From positions 87,254 through 151,253 of the forward strand of contig JBOEGF010000036.1 of assembly GCA_050633305.1 (NCBI GenBank): a stretch of 64,000 nucleotides of DNA. The letters are read 5' to 3'. A model generated the notes under the pieces. It did no database searches, was not told where the DNA came from, and was given only the letters and a program-made list of their open reading frames with translations. The DNA comes from Nannocystales bacterium (lineage in GTDB: Bacteria > Myxococcota_A > Polyangia > Nannocystales > Nannocystaceae). Position numbers and translations under genes: made by a program. Of this stretch, positions 20,101 through 30,773 are shown in pieces. Each line of letters opens with the position of its first letter. Positions within the stretch are counted from its first letter, which is position 1.

Positions 20101-21828
20101 CTATCCGCGCTGGGGGACCCGCTGGGTCTCGCCCCACGATGCCTGCTGCCCCATCGTCGCGAGCTGAGCCAGCTCGGCGACCGGTGCGAGGGCCTGTCGT
20201 GCCATCGCGCGCGCAATGTCGGAACGGGCGATCAGGCGCGCCATCGGAGGAGACGCGTAGTAATAGAAATCGACCATCGACTTGCCCAGTGCCGAACGCT
20301 CCAGCACGCGGTCACGAACCCAGCGCAGCGCCTGCACCTTGTTGTCCCACGGGACGCCGTAGGCAGCCGTAGCAATGAAACAGAACCCCTCGACGACCGC
20401 AAACTGCTGCTGCGGGGTCGTGACGGCCATGGATGCGACGTCGCTGCTGTTGGCGCATCGGTCTTCGTACCGGATGCCGACCTGGTAATTCGTGGCGCCG
20501 AAGAGCTGGTCGAGCTCGCACCACGTGGACACGCCCGGCGCGAGCGGCTCTCCGCAGTCTTCCTCGGCGGGAACCTGCTGGATCGCCGAGGGGAGCGTGT
20601 CGGACGTGAGCGCGAGCTCGCCTTGTCGATAGAACATGCGAACCGCTCCGAGTTCGGTGCTCACGTCCTCGGGCACGGTGAAGTGCACACGAACGCGATC
20701 GAAGTCGAGCGGCTCAACCTCGACGTCGGTCAGCGCAGCGAGCGTGGTGTCCTCGCAGCTGCCCCAGCCGGGATCTTGGCCCTGGCCGCCGCCCTCGGTG
20801 CCGTGGCTGAACACCCCGAACCGAAACGTCTGCTCATTGAGCGTGAACAGCTGGAGGCGATCGGCGCCGCTGCCGTCGTCGATGCTGATGCTGTCGTCGG
20901 GGGGATTGAGCGTGCCCGACTCGCCGGTGAGGTCGCCGTATCCGGTGTAGTGATCGGTCGAGTTGAAGCCCGACATTGTGGGCTCGAAGCTCACGTCGTA
21001 GACGATAGAGGGCTGCCCCAGGTAGGGGATACCGAAGCTGGCCAGGCGGGGATCGACGTAGTGGTCGTCCTCCCGATCGTAGGCCCAGCTGTCGTTCTGG
21101 TCGTCTTCGATGTTGATCTCGACGCGGGCAACCAGCGGCCCGGCATTGGCAACATCGGCCGGGATGAGGGCCGTGACGAGGTGCGGCGTGTATCCGGCCG
21201 GCGTCGCGCGGGTGACGGTGTCGAGGTCGTTGAGTTCGGAGAACGTGCGGACGTCGGCGTGGTCGCCCTCGGTCTCGAACTCGACGAGGTCGGAGCGCGG
21301 CGGGTACACGCTGGTCTCCTCAGAGAAGCGGCCTTTGTCCGACTGGAACACCGCCGGCGAGGGGCAGGTGAGGGTGTCGGTGGAGATGACTTCGTGCTCG
21401 TCCGGGGTCAGCGGGCGGCAGAAGTACGGCTCCGGAGAGCTGGAGTTCTCGTGCCACCCCAAAGAGTTGGCATCGGAGGGCTGGTCGTCGTGAAAGACCA
21501 GCTGGGGATAGGTGATGTCCCGGGCGTGGGCCCAGACCGGAAGGACGCCGGGCCGTGGACCGTACGGAAACCGCCAGCTCGACAAGAAATCCCAGCGACC
21601 CGGTCGGTTGCCGATGCCGAGCGTTCCGGTGGCCTGGGTGACAAAGACGTCGCGGACGAAGTTGCCCTCGCTGTCCTCAAGCCAGATCGCGATCTGGGCG
21701 CCGGGCACGGGCTCGAAGTGAAATTCGAGCAGCGTGTCTCCATCGGCCGCGGAGGCGAGTGATGGTGTGGAAAGAGCCACGGCCGCGATGCCCACGCCCA
21801 AGCCGAACCGCACTGCGCTCGATCGCAT
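20101..21828 (-). CDS. Secreted protein with FN3-like region and CFI-box-CTERM domain
   Basis: Signal peptide ending ASA; GFCFIATAAYG...LRWVRD..L...YY.ASPP.A. Confidence 0.8.
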   Translation of the reverse strand: MRSSAVRFGLGVGIAAVALSTPSLASAADGDTLLEFHFEPVPGAQIAIWLEDSEGNFVRDVFVTQATGTLGIGNRPGRWDFLSSWRFPYGPRPGVLPVWAHARDITYPQLVFHDDQPSDANSLGWHENSSSPEPYFCRPLTPDEHEVISTDTLTCPSPAVFQSDKGRFSEETSVYPPRSDLVEFETEGDHADVRTFSELNDLDTVTRATPAGYTPHLVTALIPADVANAGPLVARVEINIEDDQNDSWAYDREDDHYVDPRLASFGIPYLGQPSIVYDVSFEPTMSGFNSTDHYTGYGDLTGESGTLNPPDDSISIDDGSGADRLQLFTLNEQTFRFGVFSHGTEGGGQGQDPGWGSCEDTTLAALTDVEVEPLDFDRVRVHFTVPEDVSTELGAVRMFYRQGELALTSDTLPSAIQQVPAEEDCGEPLAPGVSTWCELDQLFGATNYQVGIRYEDRCANSSDVASMAVTTPQQQFAVVEGFCFIATAAYGVPWDNKVQALRWVRDRVLERSALGKSMVDFYYYASPPMARLIARSDIARAMARQALAPVAELAQLATMGQQASWGETQRVPQRG

Positions 21829-22009
21829 GGCCGCGAGTATAGCGAGGGGACCCGGTGATCGGCGGCTCGATCGGTGTTGTGCGGCAGGATTTTGGCATTT
21901 TCGGCGGTCTGAGCGCTTGCAACCCTCGCACGCGTCGAACCTTCCCTCTGCGATGTTCGGCTGTGCAGGCGGTTGGTAGCCTCTCGGCTCGTGTCGCGCT
22001 CTTTCATCG

Positions 22010-22995
22010 GGTGGGTTCCGTGGGCCCGGACATTTGTTCTCGGATGCGCCCCCGCGGCCGAGCCCGCGCAGGTCCCGGCGACCGCAGCCGAGCCAAGAAC
22101 CGCTCCGGGCTCATCTCGGCATAGGTGGCTCCATTTCGGCTGGGCTTTTTGAAGTGCACGCGGACCTGTCCGTCGGCGGTGCGCTGCACGGCACCGAGCG
22201 CAAACGGGGGACGCAGCAGATAGCGGCAGACGCGTTCAAGACGCTTTCGGTCGCGACCATCAACGGCGACGGCGGCATGAAGCTGCATGCCGAAGCCCGA
22301 GACAAGCATCGGTCCGACGGCACAGGGCAGGGCGCGCACGGGCTCAGGGCCAAGCCCGGATAACCCAAGCTGGACGCATGCCGCGACGCCATCCTCGGGC
22401 GGCTCTCCTTCGTCAAGGGCACACTCGGCGAGGTCCGCGTGCAGACGCTGGAGCGTACTCAAAAGGTGCTCCGCGGCCAGCTGCTCTGGGCCAGAAGCGA
22501 ACCTCCTGCGCGTCGTCATCGGGAGCCTCGAAGCAGCCATCGGTCACCAACGCGTGCAGATGCACGAACAACCCCAGGTCACTGCGGAGCCGCTGCACTA
22601 CGATGACCATCCCCGGATGCAGCGTGCTGCTGGTCGCCCGAGCGTGTTCAAGCTTGGTCTGTCGACGCAGCGTCTGCATCACCCTCTTGGCGAAACGCTG
22701 GCACACCAGTGCGAGCAAGCGCTTGTCGTAGCCCAGCCGCACGGCCATCGGCCCCTCGCGACAGCACCCACTGCCGCCACGGCACGGCCGGGAACCGATG
22801 CTCCATGAGCAGCGTCGCGCTCTCGCACATGCGCCGGCCCATGCACGACGGGCAGCCCCCGCGGCTCTTGCACGCGAAGGGGACCCGCAGCGCATCGCCG
22901 CAGCGTCGGCATTGCGCCACCAAGAAGCCCTACTCGAAGTCCCCACACGTCGCGAACGCCTCGATCTCGTCAGCGTACGGCTCTGGAGGCCGAGG
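22010..22995 (-). pseudogene. IS91-family (Y2/HUH) transposase, degraded
   Basis: Zn-binding CRRC..CKSRGGCPSC, RQWVLS, VHLHAL..DG, LERVCRYLLRPP, FLARL spread over several frames, with a stop. Confidence 0.8.
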
Positions 22996-23059
22996 GCTAG
23001 CCATTCTCCCGATGGAGTGGGGCGATGCTGAGTCTGCGCCACGGGTGGAGGTCGACGCG

Positions 23060-23588
23060 GGCACGTTGCTGTTCGATGTCGGCCTGACGGCGAACACCGC
23101 CGTTGCGCTTGGGGGACAACAGGCGGTCGATTGTCGCCGGGCTAATCTGGAGGAGCTTCTCTCGGACGGTTGAGTCGAGGCCGAGGTGCCCGTGCCGCTC
23201 TAGGGCAGGAATCAGCACAGGGAGTAGCGGCGCCAGACGTTTGCCACAAATACGATCAGAGGCCTCCCAGAGGATCGTCAGCGCCACGGCCACGGCCCCG
23301 TCGTAGACCGGAACTCTGGCCGACGCGCGCCTCGGGCTTGCGGTGCCAGCCGGCCTGTTCAAGACCCTGACCGGATGCTTGCGGTGGAGGCTGGTGAGCG
23401 CGACGAACTCGTCCAGAATCTTCGACTTCTCGACGCGTGTTGCAGGGCGGTATCGATCGCGCACGGCCTCAGCGAGTTCTTTTCGTACTTGTGATCTGAC
23501 CTTTGGCACGCGGCCTCCTCGAGTTCTACGGGTTGCATTTTCGATGAGGCAACGATGTGCTCAGAGTTGCAAAAAACATGAGTCAATG
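23060..23588 (-). mobile_element. ISNCY-type transposase 5' fragment with subterminal direct repeats
   Basis: RYRPATRVEKSKILDEF...HRKH, WEASDRICGKRL, ISPATIDRLL; two imperfect 24-bp repeats GTTGCA-N7-TGAG(G/T)CAA at 23531-23554 and 23565-23588. Confidence 0.7.
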
Positions 23589-23719
23589 CGCCGGCAGAAA
23601 TAGTTGTCGCTGACCAAAGGGCAGACAAACAACACTGCATCCAGCGTCGCGATGGCCTCGCTCACCGCCGCAGACTCCCTCGGCTGGGCTTTTTCCTCAC
23701 CCTGCTAAACTCCTGGAAT

Positions 23720-24127
23720 GTGCGCGGGGGCCGTGGGACCGAGACCATCACGCGCGCGAACCTCGAGGCGGCGCGTCGACTGGGTCACTCGGTCCTGGAC
23801 GAATCGGCGTCTGTGCAACAGCCCCTGCTGGTCTCCGGATGGGGCTCGGTGCAGGCGTGCCTGGTTTCCGTCTCTGACCCGCGACGGGATTGGGTCGTGA
23901 CCCTGGGGACCGAGGAATCTATGGTCGGGCGAGGCTGGAGTCGCACCCGTTCGCAGTGGCCGTCGGCGAGTGACGCGATGCTGTTTCGAGAAACACCAGT
24001 TCTCCTACATGTGCCGCCCCTCCGGCGTCTGGCTCGAAGACTTGTCCACGACGAACGGAACGCTCCTCTTGACCCACGAACAAGCCATCGGCCTGCGGCC
24101 GTACAGTTGGCCCAGCAGGCCAAGTCA
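23720..24127 (+). pseudogene. FHA-domain gene remnant truncated by IS3
   Basis: MVGRG, then GVWLEDLSTTNGT in another frame (FHA GR...STNGT signature). Confidence 0.5.
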
Positions 24128-24169
24128 TGGGCATGATCGGTTTGGCCGGACACTCCGAAAGCGGAGACA

Positions 24170-24472
24170 ATGCCAAGCACAACGAACGTGACGAAGAAGC
24201 GGACAAGAAGAAAGTACAGCGCCGAGTTCAAGGCCAACGCGGTGAAGCTGGCCATGCAAGGCGGCATGAGCATCGCGACGGTGGCCCGCGACTTGGGCGT
24301 GCACGAGAAGAGCCTCTACGAGTGGGTGCGGCTGGCGAAGGAAGAAGCCCAAGGAGGACTGTCGTTCGACGAACGCGAGGAGCTGGCGCGGCTACGGCGT
24401 GAAAACCGGCGACTTCGACAGGAGCGAGACATCCTAAAAAAAGCCTCGATCATTCTGGGCGGCGGAGAATGA
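24170..24472 (+). CDS. IS3-family OrfA
   Basis: RRKYSAEFKANAV HTH, leucine zipper, ILKKA with A7 run. Confidence 0.88.
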   Translation: MPSTTNVTKKRTRRKYSAEFKANAVKLAMQGGMSIATVARDLGVHEKSLYEWVRLAKEEAQGGLSFDEREELARLRRENRRLRQERDILKKASIILGGGE

Positions 24473-25071
24473 CGAGCTACGACCTCATCGCCGCGTCCAA
24501 GGGCGAACTTCCGGTCGCGGTGGCTTGCGACGCCTTGGGAGTCTCGCGCCCTGCGTACTACGCCCATGTGCGCGAGAGGGAGTCACCGCCCTCGAAGCGC
24601 AAGCAACGGGCGAGGCGGCTTGAGCATGCGATTCGAACTGCGTTCGACGAGTTCCGCGGAACGTACGGCCGGCCTCGTCTGCTGCGAGTGCTGAGGGCCC
24701 GTGGCTTTCGCATCGGCGTGAACCAGCTTCGAAAGTAAATGGCTCAGATGGGCCTTCAGGCGAAGCCCAGAAGGAAGTTCAAGCGGACGACCGACTCGGA
24801 CCACGAGCTGTCGTGCTCACCCAACCTGCTGGCGCAGCACTTCATCGTCGATGCACCCAACCGTGTCTGGTGCTCGGACATCACCTACGTACGCACGTGG
24901 GAAGGCTGGCTCTACGTCTGCGTCGTCGTTGACCTGTTCGCGCGGAAGGTCGTCGGATGGCACGCCGCAGACCACATGAGAGCCGAGCTCGTGACCACGG
25001 CGTTCGACGCCGCAGTCGGTCGACGGGGCGTTGGCCCTGGCCTCATCTTCCACTGCGATCGCGGCAGCCAG

Positions 25072-26521
25072 CTTGAACTCAACGGGTCGTCGCAACACCG
25101 CTTCGTCGGGCCGAGCGTAGATGATCGTCGAGAGCTTCACCAGGTGTCTTCCAGCCGAGGGTCTTGCGCGGCCGGCTATTGAGGGTGGCAGCGACGGCAG
25201 CGAGGTCGGTAGCGGAGTGCCTGCTGAGGTCAGTGCCCTTCGGGAAGTATTGGCGCAGCAAACCGTTGGTATTCTCGTTCGTGCCGCGCTGCCAGGGACT
25301 GTGCGGGTCGCAAAAGTAGATCGGCAGCCCAGCGTCAACGCGTAGCTGGGCGTGCTGCGCCAGCTCGGCACCTTGGTCCCATGTCAACGATCGACGCAGA
25401 GCAGCGGGCAAAACCGTGATCGATGCCGCGATCGCATCTCGGACCGCCTTGGCGCCGTGTCCCGCCAAGGCGGGACCGTTCTTGAACCGCGGCTCGTCAC
25501 CATGACCATCCATTCTGGGCAGGTGCAGCAGGATCGTGAACCTGGTCGTGCGCTCGACCAGCGTTCCGATCGCGGAGCTTTCCAGACCGATGATCAGGTC
25601 GCCTTCCCAGTGTCCAGGCACGGCTCGGTCGTCGGCCTCCGCCGGCCGTTCGGCGATCATGATCTCGGGGCTGACGAACTTCTTGCCGCGCTCGCGGGTT
25701 CGAGCTCTGGGGACTCGAAGCGCTCGCCCGGTTCGCAGGCACGCCACCAACTCTCGGCGCAGCGCGCCTCGTCCTTGGACGTAGAGAGCTTGGTATATGG
25801 CCTCGTGAGAGATTCTCATCGACTCATCATCCGGAAAATCAACGGGGAGCCGGTTCGAGATCTGCTCGGGGCTCCATGAGTTGGCCCAGCGCCGATCCTG
25901 TCGACGACCGTGGCGTCGACCGTTCCAGCGTACATCGGGACCAGGCAGGACTGCGCCGTCTGGTGTTGAAATCGTCCCCGCAAGGCGCTCCTGCACGTAC
26001 TGGCGCCACATGGGGTTTGCGACGAGCTTCGCGATCTTCGGACGCGCCGCTCGCCGGTCTGCGTGCCACTGCGCGGCCGTGGCCCGATACTCGAGACCCC
26101 CGCAGCGAGTCGCAGCGTTACGTCGCAACTCCCTTGAGACTGTCGACGGTGACCGACCAAGGTGTCGGGCGATCGCACGTACCCCCTGGCCCTTCGCGCG
26201 GAGGAGCCATCTCCTCGCGCTCTGCGAACGACAAGTACCGTCCCGACAGCTTGGGGAACTTGGAAGGTGCCATCCCCCCACTTTGCCTAAACCAGCGGTT
26301 GCCCACAGCCGGAGAGAGAGCAGCTAAGACCGCGGCCTTCTCGCTTGCGACGCCTCGCGCGATCGCGTCCCAGAAGCGCTTCCGATGTTCGCGGCGCCAC
26401 CCCGGTGGGCGGCCAGGCGAACGCATCGGGGGCCGCAACGCTCGGTCCGCAGGTCGTCCTTTCTTTCTCTTCATCGAGACTCCTTTTCTTCGAGGTGTTG
26501 CGACAAACGATTGAATTCGCC
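25072..26521 (-). mobile_element. IS30-family element; transposase 25079-26474 frameshifted near 26205
   Basis: IRs ending ..GTCGCAACACC at both ends; CAG duplicated at 25069-25071 and 26522-26524; WSPEQI, GHWEGDL, TWDQG, PWQRGTNENTNGLLRQY. Confidence 0.9.
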
Positions 26522-27254
26522 CAGTACGCCTCCAGAGTCCTCCGGACTCGCCTCGAACGGGCGCAGATGCGGCAGAGCATGTCGCGCCGCGGAAACTGCT
26601 ACGACAACGCCGTCGTGGAGAGCGTCAACGACAAGCTCAAACAAGAACTCATCCATCGAAACATCTGGCCCACCAAAGCACAGGCCCAGTCCGCAATTGC
26701 CGACTACATCGAGTGCTTCTACAACCCTCACAGGATGCACTCGACCCTGGGCTATCTAGCCCCCAACGAGTTCGAACGGGAACATGCCGCGAAACTCGCG
26801 GCCTAACTAACAACGTGTGCGGACTTGCGGATCATGGTCAAGTTCCTTCATCGCAGGTCTACTGCGATCGAACGCCACCGTGCCCCCAACGACTCGCCGG
26901 GGCTCCGGGTTTCAACGGCCTACGCGCTGCAAGAACCGTGTTGTGCAGCCCAGGTCGAGGCAGCAGGTTTCTGCTCGTCTCGCCGCAGACCGCTTAACGT
27001 GTATTTCGACATAATCCGGCCTGGCACCCTCGAAAGGCCGTGCGCGCGCATGGGGAGTGCTGCGTGCAACACGCGCGCCAGCCCAGCACCAACTGCGCAA
27101 AACCGGCTTCCGCGGGACTCGTGTGTGTGCCCACGACCTCCTTGCCCTATCCACCGACAGGAATGTCGCGGAGCCCCTTGGCATCATCCTCTGTAGAAGC
27201 AAGAGAAGCTCGAGCCGATGGGAACTGGCGCAGAGGTTGCACCAGCGACCACTC

Positions 27255-28040
27255 ATGCACCGGATTCCGACTTCGTTGACCCAGTCTATTCGTCGTCTCG
27301 TGAGCACGCAGGTCAGCTCAGCGTTTGGGCCAGTCCTGGCATTCGCCGCCGCCCTTGGCTGCGGCGACCCCGACGGTATCGAGGCGAACGGCGAGAGTGA
27401 CGGCATCGAGGCGAGTGGCGGCATAGAGACGGGCGCACCGTCCAGCTGCGATGTCCCCTCGGACCCATTTCCCTTACCCGCCGAAAATAGTGTGTCGCTG
27501 CGCATCGAGAATCGGACCGATGGCCCAGTCTTTATTGCCGACCCCGGATGCATGGACGCGCCGTACCAAGTCGAACTGCCCGCAGGGATTGAGGGTTCGG
27601 CACCGGAGCTTCCCGGTTGTCACTGGAACTGCCGCGACGCTGCGAAGGGGAACTGTCCCCACTCTTCCCTTTGCCAGGGGTCATGCAGCGAGCCCCTGTG
27701 GCGGATCGAGCCGGAGGCGACACTGGAGGTGCGGTGGAGCGGCAGGATCGAGCGGGCCGTGCCTATACCCGAGGAAGAAGGGTGCTGCGTTGGGTTCTCC
27801 ACGGAGTGCACGGACACGGAGGTGGCCCCGCCCGGCGAGTACCGCATCCTCGTGGACGCGTTCGCGGCTGCCGCGGACTGTGGCGACGCGTGCGAAGTGC
27901 CGTGCGAGGAGGCCGAGGCAGCCTGCGAGATCTCCCAGGGCGAAAGCAACGGCGAGTTCGTTCGTGGTCGCTCGTTCTCCGTCCGCACGAGCTTCGACGT
28001 ACCTGCCAGCGAACCTGTTGTCGTTGTCATCGAGAGCTGA
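27255..28040 (+). CDS. Cys-rich hypothetical lipoprotein (paralog of the gene at the window end)
   Basis: AALGC lipobox; IEP...WSGRI...VAPPGEY. Confidence 0.65.
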   Translation: MHRIPTSLTQSIRRLVSTQVSSAFGPVLAFAAALGCGDPDGIEANGESDGIEASGGIETGAPSSCDVPSDPFPLPAENSVSLRIENRTDGPVFIADPGCMDAPYQVELPAGIEGSAPELPGCHWNCRDAAKGNCPHSSLCQGSCSEPLWRIEPEATLEVRWSGRIERAVPIPEEEGCCVGFSTECTDTEVAPPGEYRILVDAFAAAADCGDACEVPCEEAEAACEISQGESNGEFVRGRSFSVRTSFDVPASEPVVVVIES

Positions 28041-28176
28041 AACTGTCCTCGACGAGGACCCGAGTGCGATCGTCGTGCGGTCCTCACCCGTCGGCGGTGG
28101 GCACGACGCCTGAATCCAGAATCGACACCCGCAAGCCAGATCGAGATGCGGGCCCTGAACCGCGACAGCTGCGTCA

Positions 28177-29190
28177 TTGCATGGTGCACCCGGTGGCTCG
28201 CGTTGGTGGTCGGACTGGTGTTCCAGTGATGGTCAACACCTTGCACGACGACGCCTCATGAGATTCCACCGTGGTTGGCGCGCCGCCTTCTATGCTCGGC
28301 TCGGCCGACCTCGCTCGACGGTCTATCGCGAGCTCGATCGGAACGGCGGACGAGGCGTGTATCGAGCCGCGGCAGCGGAGACGCGGGCCTGGGACCAGGC
28401 GAAACGGCCGAAGATGTGCAAGCTTGCAGCTGATCCCAGACTGCGCAGGCTGGTGGCTGCCAAGCTTCGCAAAGACTGGTCGCCATCGCAGATATCGGGC
28501 TGGCTGAAAGCCCGCGCCCCCAAGTCCTCAGAGCCCTACGGGTCGCACGAGACCATCTCTCGGACGCTGTTCGTCCAGGCTCGCGGAGTCCTCAAAAAAG
28601 AACTCATCGCCCATCTGCGTTCGAAGCGGGTGATGCGACGTGCCAAGTCCTCATCCCTGCGAGGCAAGGGGCGAGGCCAGATCGTCGATGCGGTCCCGAT
28701 CAGCGAGCGACCTGTGGAAGCGGACGATCGAGCTGTCCCTGGGCATTGGGAAGGCCACCTCATTCAAGGGGCCCGTAGGCACGCCGTAGCAACGTTGGTC
28801 GAACGCTGCACGCGGTTCGTCAAGCTCGCCCGGCTCAATGGCAAAGACGCACCATCCGTCACGAAGGCGCTGATCAAGAAAGATCGGCAAGCTGCCCGGC
28901 GAGGTCCGCCGGTCACTCACCTGGGACCGAGGGCTGGAGATGGCCGAGCACGCCAAGTTCACGGTGGCGACCGGAGTCCAGGTGTCCTTCTGCGACCCTC
29001 AAAGCCCGTGGCAGCGGGGATCGAACGAGAACACCAACCGACTGCTTCGGCAGTATCTCCCCAAGGGTGCTCCGATCGGAGAGCTGTCCCAGCAGCAGCT
29101 CAATGCCATCGCACGCAAACTCAACGAGCGGCCGCGAAAGACATTGAACTTCGAGACACCGGCGGACAGACTTGCTGTCGCGCTGACCGC
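28177..29190 (+). pseudogene. Second IS30-family transposase, degraded
   Basis: STVYRELDRN, WSPSQI, GHWEG, PWQRGSNENTNRLLRQY with frameshifts. Confidence 0.85.
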
Positions 29191-29296
29191 GACGGCTGTC
29201 GCCCTCATGCCGCGAGGGCGGCTCATCATGCTGCTGGTCGTGAAGGTGCCGTGGCAGCACCAACAGTACTGCGTCGGACTGGGAGCCCGTATTCTT

Positions 29297-29336
29297 GGAT
29301 TCTGCTGAATCCGACCGCCTGCGTCTCCGACGCAGG
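29297..29336. terminator. Two adjacent hairpins downstream of the 29342 gene
   Basis: GGATTC-TGCT-GAATCC and CCTGCGTC-TCC-GACGCAGG; no U-tract. Confidence 0.3.
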
Positions 29337-29341
29337 ATCTG

Positions 29342-29893
29342 TCAGGGGCGGTGGCGACCGTCCATCCCGTGGTGCTCGCGGCACATCGCCGTGCTTGTGC
29401 CGCGCCTCATCTCCTCCATCATCTCGTCGAGCTCGCTCAGGCAGGCCGTCATTTCTAGCTGGTGCCGTTGCTCCTCCGCACGGCCGTCCGTGATGTTGGT
29501 CTGGCTCATCATCGCGTCTTGGTGACGGCCGCGCTCCGCGTCACACGTGCCACGCATCTCGATGAGCGCGTCGAGAAGGTCGGGGGCAACGTCCTCGCAC
29601 ATTCCCATGTCCCCAATACCGTGCTCTAGCTCCTCCAAGTGGCCGTGAAGCGCCCCCTCATGTCCAGCTTCGCTGTTCTGAAGTTCCACGAACTCGGACG
29701 TGCGCTCCGCTAAACCTGCGTGCGCGCCGACTTCGACGCGGAGTTCGTCGATGACAACCTGTGCATCGTCATTTTGATGCAGGAGGGGTTCTCCGTTGTG
29801 GGAATCGCATCCGCACAGCCCGACCCAGAGCCCAACAAAAAGGGGCCCACCGAAGCGCTCCGTCCTTGGTGTCCGTCCCGAAAATTTCACCAT
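29342..29893 (-). CDS. His/Met/Cys-rich helical lipoprotein
   Basis: GLCGC lipobox; HEGALHGHLEELEHG, MCREHHGM. Confidence 0.6.
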   Translation of the reverse strand: MVKFSGRTPRTERFGGPLFVGLWVGLCGCDSHNGEPLLHQNDDAQVVIDELRVEVGAHAGLAERTSEFVELQNSEAGHEGALHGHLEELEHGIGDMGMCEDVAPDLLDALIEMRGTCDAERGRHQDAMMSQTNITDGRAEEQRHQLEMTACLSELDEMMEEMRRGTSTAMCREHHGMDGRHRP

Positions 29894-30415
29894 ATCGATT
29901 GGAGCGTAGCCTTCGCCGGGGTGGGGGCGCGCGAAAGTCCTGCGCGGCCTCGGGCTTTGAGGCGGCGATAGGGGCACAGGAAACCATGCGCGGGCGACGG
30001 CGACCCGGACGGCTATCTGCGTGCGGCGTCACGTTCAGTTTCTACTGACTCCTCCGGCCGAGCTTCGACGTGCCCGCGCCAAGCGGGATGACGTCCGACC
30101 GAGTCGCTCGCCCGTCACAGCGACCGCGGGTTCGCAACTTGTACTCAAAGGGTTGTCACAGCGCGTCGTGGGCCTTTTTGGTCAATCTGTGCTTTCCACG
30201 TTCCGTGGCCGCGGTCCGTCGAGCAAATGCGACCGCGGACGTACTCGAGCTGGTCAAGAGGCGGCGTACCTCATGGTCATACTTGTCTCCCGCGCGGCGC
30301 AACGCCGCGTTCCCATGCCGGTGACCGTCGAGGACACCGCGTCGCCGGGCAGGGTGCAGCATCTTCGGGGTGCCGGCACGCCTCAGCGGCTAGCATCTCA
30401 CGAAGGAGTTCACCC

Positions 30416-30766
30416 ATGACGAGCCAAAGCCGAAAGAAGCGAAGCGCAGAATCTGAGCCAGCGGGAGCACGAGGTACCGTGGACGATGCGACAACTCGTT
30501 TTACATTCCTCGCTCCGCAAGCGAAAGAGGTGCTCCTTGCCGGCTCGTTCAACGAGTGGACGCTGAGCGCAACACCCATGCTGCGTGGCGATGATGGTGT
30601 GTGGACAGTGCGCGTTCCTCTTGCGCCGGGTCGGCACGAATACAAGTTCGTCGTCGACGGGACATGGTGCTGTGAGCCACCCGGACAAGAACCTCACGCG
30701 GACGCGACGGAGCGCGTAGCGAACGAGTTCGGGACGATGAACCGAGTCCTGCACGTGGGCCCGTGA
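30416..30766 (+). CDS. Stand-alone glycogen-binding (CBM48/AMPK-beta-like) protein
   Basis: AAGGAG RBS; V.LAGSFNEW, L.PGRHEYKFVVDG.W, NEFGTMN. Confidence 0.85.
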   Translation: MTSQSRKKRSAESEPAGARGTVDDATTRFTFLAPQAKEVLLAGSFNEWTLSATPMLRGDDGVWTVRVPLAPGRHEYKFVVDGTWCCEPPGQEPHADATERVANEFGTMNRVLHVGP

Positions 30767-30773
30767 GGTCGCG

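Larger units (their letters stand above)
24128..26840 (+). mobile_element. IS3-family element interrupted by an IS30-family element
   Basis: Imperfect 26-bp IRs TGGGCATGATCGGTTTGGCCGGACAC / TGACCATGATCCGCAAGTCCGCACAC; orfA 24170-24472; orfB from 24469 (in-frame TAA at 24736) with WCSDITY, HCDRGSQ|Y and GNCYDNAVVES, ending at 26806. Confidence 0.88.

Noticed and set aside
19148..20167. RT as a retron, DGR, CRISPR-linked or defence RT
   Set aside because: Motifs are those of group II intron maturases, the gene is truncated, and no ncRNA, TR/VR pair or cas gene is visible nearby
27001..27030. TTATGTCGAAA on the minus strand resembling the XerD arm of a dif site
   Set aside because: No convincing XerC arm at the 6-bp spacing
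30255..30300. SMTMRYA on the minus strand resembling a tyrosine-recombinase tail
   Set aside because: No upstream LGH or HxxR motifs; too short to support
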